Assembly (NCBI GenBank): GCA_045595395.1 | Contig: JAZOAH010000016.1 | Span: 128,212 to 192,211 of the forward strand | Length of the DNA stretch: 64,000 nucleotides | Origin: Eubacteriales bacterium | Lineage (GTDB): Bacteria > Bacillota > Clostridia > Oscillospirales > UMGS1783 | Direction of reading: 5' to 3' | Shown: in pieces, positions 1 to 9,806 of the stretch | How positions within the stretch are numbered: the stretch's first letter is position 1 | Layout of the letters: each line of letters starts with the position of its first letter | Position numbers and translations under genes: made by a program | The notes under the pieces: generated by a model | Database searches by the model: none | Seen by the model: only the letters and a program-made list of their open reading frames with translations | Told to the model about the DNA's origin: nothing

Positions 1-292
1 AAGCGGCATAAACACCCCTCATGATCGTCGGCGTGTAGACACCGCCGGGACTGTCGGCCAGCGTGATATCGGTCACACCTCGGCCGTGCAGATAGCGAAC
101 GACGGCCGAAACGAGGGCGGGATGGGTAGTGATCGCCTTGTCGGGCGATGCGCCACGCAACAGGTTTGGCTTGAGCAATACTTTTTTGCCCGGCTGCAAC
201 TCATCCGCACCCATGGCCTCAAAATGGGCGGCTACGGCCCGATCCATGGATTGGGCATCATAGGTCGTATTTATACAGGAAATCTTGTTCAC
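1..292 (-). CDS. DUF362-domain protein, N-terminal part (gene runs off the left edge)
   Basis: Own translation of the minus strand from GTG 292..290 (AGAGGTG just upstream): VNKISCINTTYDAQSMDRAVAAHFEAMGADELQPGKKVLLKPNLL..THPALVSAVVRYLHGRGVTDITLADSPGG. The KPNLL / THP / DSPG pattern is typical of DUF362. Absent from the ORF track because it has no stop inside the window. Confidence 0.6.
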   Translation of the reverse strand, partial: MNKISCINTTYDAQSMDRAVAAHFEAMGADELQPGKKVLLKPNLLRGASPDKAITTHPALVSAVVRYLHGRGVTDITLADSPGGVYTPTIMRGVYAA

Positions 293-328
293 GGTATCAC
301 CTCTTGCGGTAGTATACCACATCCCTTT

Positions 329-1009
329 TCAGCTTTCAAACCCTTTGCGCATTTTTTCAATGGCACGCTTTTCGATACGTGAGATATAAGAGCGGGAGAT
401 GCCGAGGATATCGGCCGTTTCCTGCTGCGAGCGAGGCGGCTTATTATCCAGACCGTAACGCAAGATCAGCACCTTTTGTTCCCGTTCTTCCAGTTGCCCC
501 AAGAGGTGCACCATCTTTTCGATGTTGATCTTTTTTTCCAGGTTTTCGGCGATATTATCCTCGCCCACGATAATATCGACCAGCGTTAGTTCATTGCCCT
601 CTTTGTCGGTATCAATGACATCATTGATCGACTTGTCGCCGGCATTCTTTTTCTGGGAACGGAAATACATGAGAACCTCATTTTCGATACATTTAGCGGC
701 GTAGGTCGAAAACTTGGAGCCCTTCTCCAAAGAATAGGAGTCGACCGCCTTGATCAGCCCGATGGTGCCGATGCTCAGCAGATCATCCTGCACACTTTCG
801 GGTGCATTGTATTTTTTCACGACATGAGCGATGAGCCGTAGATTTCGGCTGATCAGTTTATCACGAGCGTCTTTGTCCCCCGCCGCCATCTGCTGCAAAC
901 AGGCTTTTTCTTCGGCTGCCGACATAGGCTTTTCAAAGGAGCCCTGCAGCCGGATATAGAGCATAAAATAGAAGATCCCCGAGATCGAGGAAAATAACTG
1001 GGAAAACAC
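329..1009 (-). CDS. sigK: Sporulation sigma factor, pro-sigma-K type
   Basis: Sigma-70 regions 2-4 are present (NLRLIAHVVKKY, DLLSIGTIGLIKAV, YAAKCIENEVLMYFR, ISRSYISRIEKRAI). The hydrophobic pro-sequence followed by YIRLQGSFEKPMSAAEEK aligns with B. subtilis pro-SigK YVKNNAFPQPLSSSEEK, and DKEGNE is as in SigK. Start moved to GTG 1009 (AAGGGAGG RBS 7 nt upstream); the track ATG at 1045 has no RBS. No spoIIGA/sigG neighbours, which argues against sigE. Confidence 0.85.
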   Translation of the reverse strand: MFSQLFSSISGIFYFMLYIRLQGSFEKPMSAAEEKACLQQMAAGDKDARDKLISRNLRLIAHVVKKYNAPESVQDDLLSIGTIGLIKAVDSYSLEKGSKFSTYAAKCIENEVLMYFRSQKKNAGDKSINDVIDTDKEGNELTLVDIIVGEDNIAENLEKKINIEKMVHLLGQLEEREQKVLILRYGLDNKPPRSQQETADILGISRSYISRIEKRAIEKMRKGFES

Positions 1010-1074
1010 AACGATCCCTCCCTTTTCTTCTAAGATACGGGGCATGCGTTGTCCCTATTCCCTAAACATTCCAT

Positions 1075-1106
1075 AGAAAAAGCAGCTTAGCTTTTGCTAA
1101 GCTGCT
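1075..1106 (-). terminator. Intrinsic terminator of the antiporter operon
   Basis: An 11-bp stem (agcagcttagc / gctaagctgct) with a tttt loop, followed on the minus strand by a T-run. The antiporter stop codon (1087-1089) lies inside the stem. Confidence 0.7.
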
Positions 1107-2280
1107 TCTTTTTATCGGGCGTGATCTCACCGGCCTTAGTCAGTACGATCTTGGTGATCAGCGGGCCGAACAGTTCATAGATCAAGGTGGCGGTCAGCAC
1201 AACGGCACGCACCTGTGACCCGTATTCGGGGAGCTGCGAGATAACGATCTGCGCCATACCGATGGCCACACCGGCCTGCGGCAACAGGGCAGCACCTAAG
1301 TAGTTACGAATATTTTTATCTGCCTTGACGGCCAAGGCGCCGAAATAGGTACCGAAATATTTACCCAGCGAGCGGGCAACCAGATACAGGACGCCAAGCA
1401 AGCCAACGGCAGGCAGTACGGCCAGGTCAAGCTCGGCACCGGAAATGACGAAAAAGAGCATAAACAAAGGCGGCGTCCAACGGTCTGCCCCGTCAAGAAT
1501 GGACTCGGCGTGTTTTCTGGTGTTGACAAAACCGGCACCGATGCACATGCACAGCAACAACGAAGACAGGCCAAACTGCTCGGCCAGTGCCACCCCCAAA
1601 AAGACGGCGGCCACGCAGATGCACAGGCGATTGGCACGGGAACGGAAAAAGCGAGTGGCCAACGATACCAGTAAACCAATGACGATACCGACAGCCAGCG
1701 ACAGCACGATCTCCAGCAGCGGCTCAACGACCGTATTCATGACCGTGATCTCCTGGCCCGACGAGAGGGACCGAGCAACAGCCAAAGACACGGCAAAAAT
1801 GATCAGGCCAATGGCATCGTCGATGGCAACGACAGGGAGCAAGGTATTGGTGATGGGGCCCTTGGCTCTGTACTGACGCACCACCATAAGAGTGGCCGCC
1901 GGTGCGGTGGCAGTGGCAATAGCGCCCAGCACCAGACACAGCGGCGTATCAAAGCCTGCCACAAGCAAGGTCACATCGACCAAAAGGCAAGCCAACAACG
2001 CCTGGCAGAAGCAGATGATCATGGCGTTTTTGCCGATATGCTTGAGATGGGAAAAGCGAAACTCGTTGCCGATGGAGAAGGCAATAAAACCTAGGGCCAC
2101 CGTCGAGATCGAGCCGACGGCTTCCAGGGCATCGGAGGGAAAGACATTGAGAAGATAAGGCCCGATCAATAATCCGGCGATCAGGTAGCCGGTGACATTG
2201 GGCAAATGCACAAGTTTAACAACGCGGGTCAATAACAGGCCTACGATCATGGCAAATGCCAGACTCAATAGGATATTCAT
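1087..2280 (-). CDS. Cation:proton antiporter (Na+/H+ exchanger family, CPA-type), membrane domain only
   Basis: 397 aa and hydrophobic throughout. The N-terminus MNILLSLAFAMIVGLLLTRVVKLVHLPNVTGYLIAGLLIGP is the conserved start of KefB/NapA-like exchangers. No soluble RCK/KTN domain. Confidence 0.85.
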   Translation of the reverse strand: MNILLSLAFAMIVGLLLTRVVKLVHLPNVTGYLIAGLLIGPYLLNVFPSDALEAVGSISTVALGFIAFSIGNEFRFSHLKHIGKNAMIICFCQALLACLLVDVTLLVAGFDTPLCLVLGAIATATAPAATLMVVRQYRAKGPITNTLLPVVAIDDAIGLIIFAVSLAVARSLSSGQEITVMNTVVEPLLEIVLSLAVGIVIGLLVSLATRFFRSRANRLCICVAAVFLGVALAEQFGLSSLLLCMCIGAGFVNTRKHAESILDGADRWTPPLFMLFFVISGAELDLAVLPAVGLLGVLYLVARSLGKYFGTYFGALAVKADKNIRNYLGAALLPQAGVAIGMAQIVISQLPEYGSQVRAVVLTATLIYELFGPLITKIVLTKAGEITPDKKKQLSKS

Positions 2281-2282
2281 GG

Positions 2283-2627
2283 TTAATCTTCGGCGACTCC
2301 TTCCGAGTAAGCAATAGGCAAGGTAAAGAGAATGCCGGCATTGGGATGATCCAACGGCCCGACCTGTTCATGAATGACCTCTTTGACGATCTCTACCTTT
2401 TTATCGGGCAGCACCAACAGCACGATCTTGCCCTGTGCATGGGCCGGATTGAGAAAATGGCGCAGGGAACCGAAAAGCGGCGGCGGCTCGACGGTGGAAT
2501 CATACAGAGCATGGAGCATGCCCTCACAGGGAATGACGGTGGCGCCGTGAATATCGCGCTCCATCAGTTTAGAGAGCAGCGGTGCGACCACGTCGCTGTC
2601 ACCGGCAATGAAGAATAACAACTGCAT
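2283..2627 (-). CDS. Small soluble P-II-like protein (114 aa), translationally coupled to the antiporter
   Basis: Start set at ATG 2627 (AGGAGG RBS); the track start at 2720 is an unsupported extension. The beta-alpha-beta pattern resembles P-II/GlnB-like proteins (QLLFFIAG..DIHGATVIPCEG..KIVLLVLPDKKVEIVKEVI..AGILFTLPI). The stop lies 2 nt before the antiporter ATG. Confidence 0.5.
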   Translation of the reverse strand: MQLLFFIAGDSDVVAPLLSKLMERDIHGATVIPCEGMLHALYDSTVEPPPLFGSLRHFLNPAHAQGKIVLLVLPDKKVEIVKEVIHEQVGPLDHPNAGILFTLPIAYSEGVAED

Positions 2628-2726
2628 AACATGACCTCCTAAAGGCAAAGCAAAAGGAAGCCATACGACTTCCTTTTGAAATTTCTTATATGTTATACAC
2701 CCTCGGGCATATTTTGTCAAGACTTG

Positions 2727-4571
2727 TCACTGGATTTCGTTGCAGAGTTTTTCAAATTCCGCACCGTCGATCTTTTCCTTGTCAAGCAAGGTCTGGGAGA
2801 CCTTGTCAAGCAGGGCACGGCGGCGGGTCAGGATCTCTTTGGCTCGCTCCATGCCCTTTTCGATAAAGGCCTTGACCTCTTCGTCGATCAAGGATGCGAT
2901 CTGCTCGGAATAGTTGCGAGAGGTGGCAAAATCGCGACCCAGGAAGACCTCTTCATGCTCGCTGCCAAAGACGATGGGGCCGATCTTTTCGCTCATACCG
3001 TACTTAGTGACCATTTTGCGAGCAATCTCGGTGGCACGCTGGATATCGTTGGAGGCACCGGTCGAAACATCGTCCAGCGCAACCATTTCGGCCACACGGC
3101 CGCCCAGCAGCGATACGATCTCATCCTCCATATCGCCCTTAGACTGATAGAACTTATCATCCGAAGGCAGGTGCATGGTATAACCACCGGCCATGCCGCG
3201 GGGAATGATGGAGATCTCATGGACCTTATCATGATTGGGCAGTTCAGCCGCCACGATGGCGTGACCGGCTTCGTGAACGGCCGTCAACTTCTTTTCCTTA
3301 TCGGTGATACGGCGATTCTTCTTCTCGACGCCCATCATGACCTTGACAATAGAATCCTGGATATCCTGCATGCTAATCTTCTTTTTATCTTGGCGGGCAG
3401 CAAGCAAGGCCGCTTCGTTCAAGATGTTTTCCAGATCGGCACCCGAGAAACCGGCGGTGGTACGGGCGATCACACCGAAATCGACATCCTGTTCAAAATG
3501 CTTATTGCGGCCATGGACCTTCAGAATACCCTCTCGACCTTGTACGTCGGGCAGGTTGATGACGATCTGACGGTCAAAACGACCGGGACGCAGCAGGGCA
3601 CGATCGAGAACGTCGGGACGGTTGGTGGCGGCAATGACGATAACACCCTCGTTCTTGGCAAAGCCGTCCATCTCGACCAGCAACTGGTTCAAGGTCTGTT
3701 CACGCTCATCGTGGCCGCCGCCGAGGCCTGCGCCACGCTGACGACCAACGGCATCGATCTCGTCAATAAAGACAATGCAGGGTGCAGCCTTTTTGGCCTG
3801 ATCGAACAGGTCACGAACACGGGAGGCGCCGACACCGACATACAGTTCAACAAAGTCTGAGCCTGTAATGCTAAAGAACGGTACACCGGCTTCACCGGCA
3901 ACGGCACGGGCAAAGAGGGTCTTACCGGTGCCCGGAGGGCCGACCAACATGACACCTTTGGGAATACGGGCACCCAACTCGATGAATTTCTGGGGATTTT
4001 TCAGGAATTCGACGATCTCAGCCAGTTCCTCTTTCTCTTCCTCGGCACCGGCCACATCACCAAATGTGATCTTATTTTTATCGTCAACATGGACACGGGT
4101 CTTGGCCTTTGTAAAGCCGGAAGCCTTGCCGCCACCGCCCGAAAATTGGCTGTACATGAAGTACATCAGCACGCCCATCAGACCGAAGACCAGGATATAA
4201 GGAATAATGGAGGCCCACCAAGGCGTACCGGCTTCACGAACAATGTTGTATTCCAGAGTGCCGTCTTGACGCTGGGCGGTGATAGTATCCCCCACATCCA
4301 GCATGAACAATTCGACACTGTACAGATTGAACGATTTTTCCAGATCGTTCTTATTCTTAGCCGGATCGGCAGGATCATCCTTTAGGGTGTAGGTCAGTTC
4401 CGTGCCGACCAACTCAAAGGCTTCAACCTTTCCCTGCTCAAAATCGCTGACCACCTGCGAATATTTGAGGGTATCCTCACCCAAATTCGCATCAATGATG
4501 TTGGTGGAAAGCAACAGCAGCAGCAAGATCACCGCAATGAAAATAATGTTTCCGAAATTTCTTTTTTTCAA
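2727..4571 (-). CDS. ftsH: ATP-dependent zinc metalloprotease FtsH
   Basis: N-terminal TM helices, Walker A GPPGTGKT, Walker B IVFIDEID, and the zinc site HEAGHA. TTG start with a GGGGGT RBS. Conserved tilS-hpt-ftsH synteny. Confidence 0.97.
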   Translation of the reverse strand: MKKRNFGNIIFIAVILLLLLLSTNIIDANLGEDTLKYSQVVSDFEQGKVEAFELVGTELTYTLKDDPADPAKNKNDLEKSFNLYSVELFMLDVGDTITAQRQDGTLEYNIVREAGTPWWASIIPYILVFGLMGVLMYFMYSQFSGGGGKASGFTKAKTRVHVDDKNKITFGDVAGAEEEKEELAEIVEFLKNPQKFIELGARIPKGVMLVGPPGTGKTLFARAVAGEAGVPFFSITGSDFVELYVGVGASRVRDLFDQAKKAAPCIVFIDEIDAVGRQRGAGLGGGHDEREQTLNQLLVEMDGFAKNEGVIVIAATNRPDVLDRALLRPGRFDRQIVINLPDVQGREGILKVHGRNKHFEQDVDFGVIARTTAGFSGADLENILNEAALLAARQDKKKISMQDIQDSIVKVMMGVEKKNRRITDKEKKLTAVHEAGHAIVAAELPNHDKVHEISIIPRGMAGGYTMHLPSDDKFYQSKGDMEDEIVSLLGGRVAEMVALDDVSTGASNDIQRATEIARKMVTKYGMSEKIGPIVFGSEHEEVFLGRDFATSRNYSEQIASLIDEEVKAFIEKGMERAKEILTRRRALLDKVSQTLLDKEKIDGAEFEKLCNEIQ

Positions 4572-4586
4572 AGGATAATACCCCCG

Positions 4587-5126
4587 TTATTTATTGTAAA
4601 CCGATTCCTTAAGCACCCCGATATAGGGCAGGTTCCGGTAGGTCTCAGCATAATCCAGACCGTAGCCGACAACAAACTCGTCCGGCACAACGTATCCTAC
4701 ATAATCCAAAGGCACCTCAACACGGTGACGCTCCGGTTTTTCCAGAAGCGAGCACAGACGCAGCGATGCCGGTTGGCGGCTGCGCAGGATCTCCATGACA
4801 TGGGACAGTGTCACGCCGCTGTCCAGAATATCCTCAACGATCAGCACATGCTTGCCGGCGATATCCACATCCAGATCCTTGAGGATCTTGGCACGGCCTT
4901 GGGTCGATGTTCCCTTCCCGTAGCTGGAAACGCACATAAAGTCGATCGAAACAGGCATGGCGATGGCTCGCATCAAATCGGAGAGAAAGACGCAGGCGCC
5001 TTTGAGAATGCTGACCAATAACAGATCCTTTCCCGCATAATCACGTGTGATCTGCGCACCCAGCTCGGCGATCTTAGCCTTGAGTTGGGCTTCTGAGATC
5101 AATACATGATCGATATCTTTTTTCAT
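4587..5126 (-). CDS. hpt: Hypoxanthine phosphoribosyltransferase
   Basis: 179 aa with the PRPP-binding motif VLIVEDILDSGVTL and a typical Hpt C-terminus (YRNLPYIGVL). Confidence 0.95.
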   Translation of the reverse strand: MKKDIDHVLISEAQLKAKIAELGAQITRDYAGKDLLLVSILKGACVFLSDLMRAIAMPVSIDFMCVSSYGKGTSTQGRAKILKDLDVDIAGKHVLIVEDILDSGVTLSHVMEILRSRQPASLRLCSLLEKPERHRVEVPLDYVGYVVPDEFVVGYGLDYAETYRNLPYIGVLKESVYNK

Positions 5127-6433
5127 CCTTGTGTTTCCTCCACAATGAGATTGATAAAGGGCTCATTTTCGTTGGCCTGGAAGGGTGCGGCAACACCGAC
5201 GCCATAGATCCAGACGACCTGACCGTCCTTGACCAGCATCGGCCAGGAGGGCCTGAGATCACGGGGGATCTTCTTTTCTATATACAGGCGGCGCACCGAC
5301 TTGGTGCCGACACCGGGCAGAGCGTAACTATCACCCTCTTCGGCGGCACGCAGGACAGCACCGTCAAGCACGTCGGCCCGCATACTATAGCGGCGGGAAT
5401 AATGTTCCTTTTCCATACCAATGCGGTATCGGCCAAAACTGACCGTTTTCCCGGTAAAGGGGATCGGATCGGGCGCCGGAGACGGCTCGATCAAACGAAG
5501 AAAACCATAGGAGATCGAGAGGAAGTGAGCGGCATCAACCGGGATCTGCGATACCGATTTGCCGGCCTCGATCTCATCCTGCAGACGGGAGAGCAGATTA
5601 CGGTCGGCCTCTAGCCGCTGATCCTCCAGGAAGGCTCGCAGGGTAGCAAAACGCTGAGATGAAGGATCTTTGGCCAGCGCCGCCACATCTAGACCCTGCG
5701 GTGTCAGCAGCTGATGATATCGCTCCTGGCCCGCCTTGGTTTGCTCGGCATCCAACGAGGCGGCCAGTTTAGCGAAACGATTGATATTATCCAGCGCCGC
5801 ATCGTTGATCATGCACAGCTCGGGCAGAACATGATGCCGAATACGATTGCGGGCATAGGTAACATCGGCATTGGTCGAGTCGTTGACAAATTCCAAATGA
5901 TTGGCATGGCAATATTCCTCAACCTGATCACGGTACTGGTGGATGAGCGGACGGATGACATCGGCCGTTTTGGGTGCGATGCCGGCCATGCCTCGGATGC
6001 CTGTGCCGCGAATCAAATGGAAGAGAACCGTTTCGGCATTGTCATTGGCAGTATGTGCTGTGGCAATGACCGCATTCTTCTTCCCCTTGGCGATCTTACG
6101 CAAAAAATCATAGCGGGCCTGGCGGGCCGCCTCTTCAATGCCGACGCTCTGGTCTTTGGCCAAATGCATGACATCGGCACTGCCTTTAACGAAGGCGATC
6201 TCCCATTTCTTGCACAGTTGCTCGACAAAGTCGGCATCGGCATCGCTTTCACGGCCACGCAGATTGTGGTTAAAATGAGCGCACACCAGTTCAAAACCCT
6301 GCTGCAGGGAGAGCAGTCGCAGCATATCGAGCATGCACACCGAATCGGCACCGCCCGAAACGGCAGCGATCACGGTATGTACGCCATCCAGCATTTTATA
6401 TTGTTCAATGGTTTTTTTAATTTGACTGATCAT
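5123..6433 (-). CDS. tilS: tRNA(Ile)-lysidine synthase
   Basis: PP-loop AAVSGGADS about 26 aa from the start when ATG 6433 (MISQIKK) is used, matching B. subtilis TilS spacing. The track start at 6526 would run through the dnaB 3' end. The 17-nt overlap with dnaB and the 4-nt overlap with hpt indicate an operon. Confidence 0.9.
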   Translation of the reverse strand: MISQIKKTIEQYKMLDGVHTVIAAVSGGADSVCMLDMLRLLSLQQGFELVCAHFNHNLRGRESDADADFVEQLCKKWEIAFVKGSADVMHLAKDQSVGIEEAARQARYDFLRKIAKGKKNAVIATAHTANDNAETVLFHLIRGTGIRGMAGIAPKTADVIRPLIHQYRDQVEEYCHANHLEFVNDSTNADVTYARNRIRHHVLPELCMINDAALDNINRFAKLAASLDAEQTKAGQERYHQLLTPQGLDVAALAKDPSSQRFATLRAFLEDQRLEADRNLLSRLQDEIEAGKSVSQIPVDAAHFLSISYGFLRLIEPSPAPDPIPFTGKTVSFGRYRIGMEKEHYSRRYSMRADVLDGAVLRAAEEGDSYALPGVGTKSVRRLYIEKKIPRDLRPSWPMLVKDGQVVWIYGVGVAAPFQANENEPFINLIVEETQG

Positions 6434-7760
6434 GATGCTTCTTATCCAAATTAAAGAATTTTGTATGTTTGCCGACCCACAACAGGTCTGCACTGCCACA
6501 GCGACCTCGACGGTTTTTACCGACAATGGCTTCGATCACGCATTTGTTTTCGGCATCGCCCGAAGTCTGATTCTCATTGTGCAGAAAGATAACGATATCG
6601 GCATCCTGCTCGATCGAGCCCGATTCACGCAGGTCCGAGAGTTTGGGTTTTCGATCCGGCCCTTGGTCGGCCGCTTTACGGGACAGCTGTGACAAACAGA
6701 TCACCGGCACGTCCAGTTCCTTGGCCATAAGTTTTAAGGCTCGGGTCATTTCACTGACGACCTGGACTCGGTTCTCGTTCTTGCTGCCGGAATTCATCAG
6801 CTGCAGATAGTCAATGACAACCAGGCCAAGATCTTTGACCCTGCGAAGTTTTGCTTTCATCTGAGAAACCGTGACATCACTGGCATCATCAAAATACAAC
6901 GGCGCAACGCTTAAAAACTTGCCGGCGTCGGCGATATCGGACCAATCCTTTTCATTTAATGCACCGGTCATGAGTTTACCGTTATCCACCAATGCCTGGG
7001 AGGCAATGACACGGTCGACCAACTGCGCACTGGACATTTCCAGTGAGAAGAAGACGGTCTTGATCCCATGGCGCACAGCGGCATTTTCGCAGATATTCAG
7101 AGCAAAAGCCGATTTACCGACAGCCGGACGGGCAGCCAGGATGATCAACTCACTTTTGCGCATACCGCCGTTGAGCATACTGTCGATATCGGCAAAGCCG
7201 GTGGGAACACCGAGCAACGCCGTATTGTCCTCTTCGGCCAGTTTCCCGTAGCGGTCGATCGCATCGATATAGCCTTCACTGATGGAGTACAGACCGGTAT
7301 TGACACGGCCGTTGGCGATATCATAGATGGTCTGTTCGGCATGCTCAAGGATCATGGACGATTCCTCGGCTGCCTCCTCGCTGCGAGTGCGGATGGTATC
7401 GGCCGCCGCAATGAGCTGACGCAGCACCGCCTTATCGGCCACGATCTTAGCGTAGTTGACGGCATTCTCGGTCGAGGGAACGACCTGTGTCAACTGCAGC
7501 AGATACTGCTTGCCCTCTTCCTCCGAGAAAACACCGGCCGCCTTGACCTCTTCCAGCAGCGTAACAAAGTCGATCGGCTTATTCGCCACATGCATAGCCA
7601 GCATGATATCGTAGATCCGCTTATGGCTTTGGGCGTAAAAATTATCTGAATTTTTGAGTATGGGGACGATCGAATCGAGTACAGTAGCATCAATGATGAT
7701 AGCCCCCAGTACCGACTGCTCTGCCTCAAAACTAAAAGGCAGCTTTTGTGCGATCTCCAT
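6417..7760 (-). CDS. dnaB: Replicative DNA helicase (DnaB family)
   Basis: 447 aa. N-terminus LPFSFEAEQSVLGAIIID, Walker A ARPAVGKSAF, Walker B VVIDYLQLM, and SRKADQGPDRKPKLSDLRESGSIEQDAD. Confidence 0.96.
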   Translation of the reverse strand: MEIAQKLPFSFEAEQSVLGAIIIDATVLDSIVPILKNSDNFYAQSHKRIYDIMLAMHVANKPIDFVTLLEEVKAAGVFSEEEGKQYLLQLTQVVPSTENAVNYAKIVADKAVLRQLIAAADTIRTRSEEAAEESSMILEHAEQTIYDIANGRVNTGLYSISEGYIDAIDRYGKLAEEDNTALLGVPTGFADIDSMLNGGMRKSELIILAARPAVGKSAFALNICENAAVRHGIKTVFFSLEMSSAQLVDRVIASQALVDNGKLMTGALNEKDWSDIADAGKFLSVAPLYFDDASDVTVSQMKAKLRRVKDLGLVVIDYLQLMNSGSKNENRVQVVSEMTRALKLMAKELDVPVICLSQLSRKAADQGPDRKPKLSDLRESGSIEQDADIVIFLHNENQTSGDAENKCVIEAIVGKNRRGRCGSADLLWVGKHTKFFNLDKKHHDQSN

Positions 7761-7775
7761 ATTCTATCCTCTCTT

Positions 7776-8222
7776 TTATTGTTCTTTTACCGATACATTG
7801 ACCTTTGTCGAAACCGACGGATGCAATTTCACGGTAACCGAATATACACCGGCGCCCTTGATGGGACTTGCCAGGTCTACCTTCTTTTTATCTACGGCAA
7901 CACCGAGATCCTTTTCAATAGCTTCGGCGATCTCTTTTACCGTGATCGAGCCAAACAGTTTGCCGTTCTCCCCCATCTTAGCCGACAGCGTCACCGTTTT
8001 ATCTTTGATCTTATCGGCCAGTTCCTGCGCCGCCTTAAGCGCCATTTCCTTATGGTGTTCCTTGGCTGCGTTCTGGGTGTTCATGGTGTTGACATTAGCA
8101 TTATTCGCCTCAACGGCAAGACCGCGGGGTAATAGAAAATTGCGGGCATAGCCGTCAGACACATTGACCATCTGGCCCTTTTTGCCCTGTCCTTTTACAT
8201 CCTGCTGAAGAATTACTTTCAT
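7776..8222 (-). CDS. rplI: 50S ribosomal protein L9
   Basis: [36 protein letters not shown] is a canonical L9 N-terminus; 148 aa. Confidence 0.97.
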   Translation of the reverse strand: MKVILQQDVKGQGKKGQMVNVSDGYARNFLLPRGLAVEANNANVNTMNTQNAAKEHHKEMALKAAQELADKIKDKTVTLSAKMGENGKLFGSITVKEIAEAIEKDLGVAVDKKKVDLASPIKGAGVYSVTVKLHPSVSTKVNVSVKEQ

Positions 8223-9343
8223 TGGTCTTCTCCTTCATCGTTATCATCCTCCTCCGGGATATCCAATTCCTCGGAGGCTTCGGCATCGTTACTCGGCTTC
8301 ATTTCCTGGAAACTGTTCCACTGCTTAAGCCTCTCATTCTCCTGCTGCGACCCATCCTCGCCACGCAATCGGCGGCGCAGATCGGCAATGCTGTCGATGG
8401 CACCGATAAAGACATAGACAACGGCAAGAGAGATCGGTATACCGATGGCTGTCAGTGTGACCAGCACAGCGGTAAGCACCTTGGCACCACGGCTTGCGGC
8501 ATTGCGGGTAAAGAGAGTATATATCGTGAAAGCACCGCACAGCAAAAGCGGGATCTCAAAAGCGGTGATCAGATTGTCCAACACGGCAGCCGGCGTACCG
8601 CCCACAAAGAAGGAAAGGATAAACGAGGCCAAGAAGACAACACCGATACCGGATGGCAGACTCAGTTTCCAAATCGGCTCGATGGCGATACGGTTGCCAT
8701 ATTTTTTGCCCAGCAAAACTTTGGACAACATCTGCGCAGCCCAAGTCAGCACAAACAGCACACTCATGACAAAGCCGGGCAGAACGGCAAATATCGCATC
8801 CAGATAGATATTTTTCGTGGTGAGGATCAAGGTAATATACTGATCGATCTCCTCGGGCGTCATTTGAGTTGTCTGCGCCGCCGTCAGCAACGGATCGTAA
8901 AGGGCATCGTCAATCGCCGCTTTGATCTGAGTCAACGAAGGCATCAGCCCCGAGAAGTCAAGTGCGCCCCGCATGATATACAAATAGGCACACAACACCG
9001 CAACGGCCGCCACGGCAGCAACTAACGCAGGCACGCCAACGGCAGCCGCCAGCGGTCGTTTGGCCCGTATACTGGCACGCATAACCAAAACCACGCTCGC
9101 CAATGCAGCTGCCGCCACAAGGGTGTAAAGCAACGAACCGGTACGAAGATACAGAATCCCGATACCCAGCAACAGCGACAGATAAGTCGGTTTATCCCAC
9201 AGGAGCGACCCGGCCAAGAGAAAGGCCGAGGAAAGAGCGCAGACCAACAGGATCGTGATCGGATCCTTGGCACACAAAAACAAGACGGCAAGACCGGCTA
9301 CGGAATATAAAATTGACGGAAGGATGCACGGTTTTGTTTCCAT
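8219..9343 (-). CDS. DUF2232 (YybS-like) multi-pass membrane protein with an acidic C-terminal tail
   Basis: About 9 hydrophobic segments. It occupies the position upstream of rplI-dnaB that yybS holds in Bacilli. Start set at ATG 9343 (GGAG RBS 6 nt upstream); the ATG at 9370 sits directly on a TATAAT-like box. ATGA overlap with rplI. Confidence 0.6.
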   Translation of the reverse strand: METKPCILPSILYSVAGLAVLFLCAKDPITILLVCALSSAFLLAGSLLWDKPTYLSLLLGIGILYLRTGSLLYTLVAAAALASVVLVMRASIRAKRPLAAAVGVPALVAAVAAVAVLCAYLYIMRGALDFSGLMPSLTQIKAAIDDALYDPLLTAAQTTQMTPEEIDQYITLILTTKNIYLDAIFAVLPGFVMSVLFVLTWAAQMLSKVLLGKKYGNRIAIEPIWKLSLPSGIGVVFLASFILSFFVGGTPAAVLDNLITAFEIPLLLCGAFTIYTLFTRNAASRGAKVLTAVLVTLTAIGIPISLAVVYVFIGAIDSIADLRRRLRGEDGSQQENERLKQWNSFQEMKPSNDAEASEELDIPEEDDNDEGEDQ

Positions 9344-9427
9344 AATTACTCCCTGAAAATTCAAGTTCATTATATTATAGCATTACAAGCACCAAGAAAC
9401 AAGTCGTAAACGGTTGAATTTCTTGTG

Positions 9428-9467
9428 AAAATAAAAAAAGTTGCCGATATCGAATGATACCGGCAAC
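9428..9467 (-). terminator. Intrinsic terminator after secG
   Basis: On the minus strand, gttgccggtatc-attc-gatatcggcaac forms a 12-bp stem with a 4-nt loop, followed by tttttttatttt. Confidence 0.8.
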
Positions 9468-9481
9468 GGTTGACCGTCTTT

Positions 9482-9721
9482 TTACCGTGTCAAAACATTA
9501 AGGACAACAGTAAGGATAACGAGCAGAAGCGATACAACGATAGTGATCTTATTATAGATCGAATTCTTTGTATTACCCATGTGACCCTGAAATACGCTTT
9601 CACCGGACAGGGCGCCCAAGCCGGACTGCTTGCTCTGCTGGATCATGATCACAGCAAGCTCGACTACGACCAGAACGATATATACGATTCCCAAAATGTT
9701 TACCCAAATATTATCTGTCAT
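9482..9721 (-). CDS. secG: Preprotein translocase subunit SecG
   Basis: 79 aa with two TM helices flanking QQSKQSGLGALSGES (the SecG Gly-rich loop). GGAGG RBS. Confidence 0.85.
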   Translation of the reverse strand: MTDNIWVNILGIVYIVLVVVELAVIMIQQSKQSGLGALSGESVFQGHMGNTKNSIYNKITIVVSLLLVILTVVLNVLTR

Positions 9722-9806
9722 TTCTTCATTCCTCCATTTGGCATAGAAGCATCATATCATAAGACCTTTGAAAAAGCAAGGAAAACTTTCTTTTTCATTA
9801 AAAAAT

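Noticed and set aside
86-382. A 98-aa plus-strand ORF at the left edge.
   Set aside because: The opposite strand encodes a DUF362-like N-terminus with a good RBS. The plus ORF also overlaps the sigK 3' end.
2676-3860. A 394-aa plus-strand ORF opposite ftsH. Similar antisense ORFs lie opposite tilS (5714-6454), dnaB (7068-7649), the PPIase (16993-17727), the GRE (33226-34593), yddW (53985-54992), copA (55852-56886), spoIIP (57884-58753), nadC (60162-61106) and nadB (61594-62676).
   Set aside because: All are shadows of confidently identified genes on the other strand, and none has an RBS or recognisable domains.
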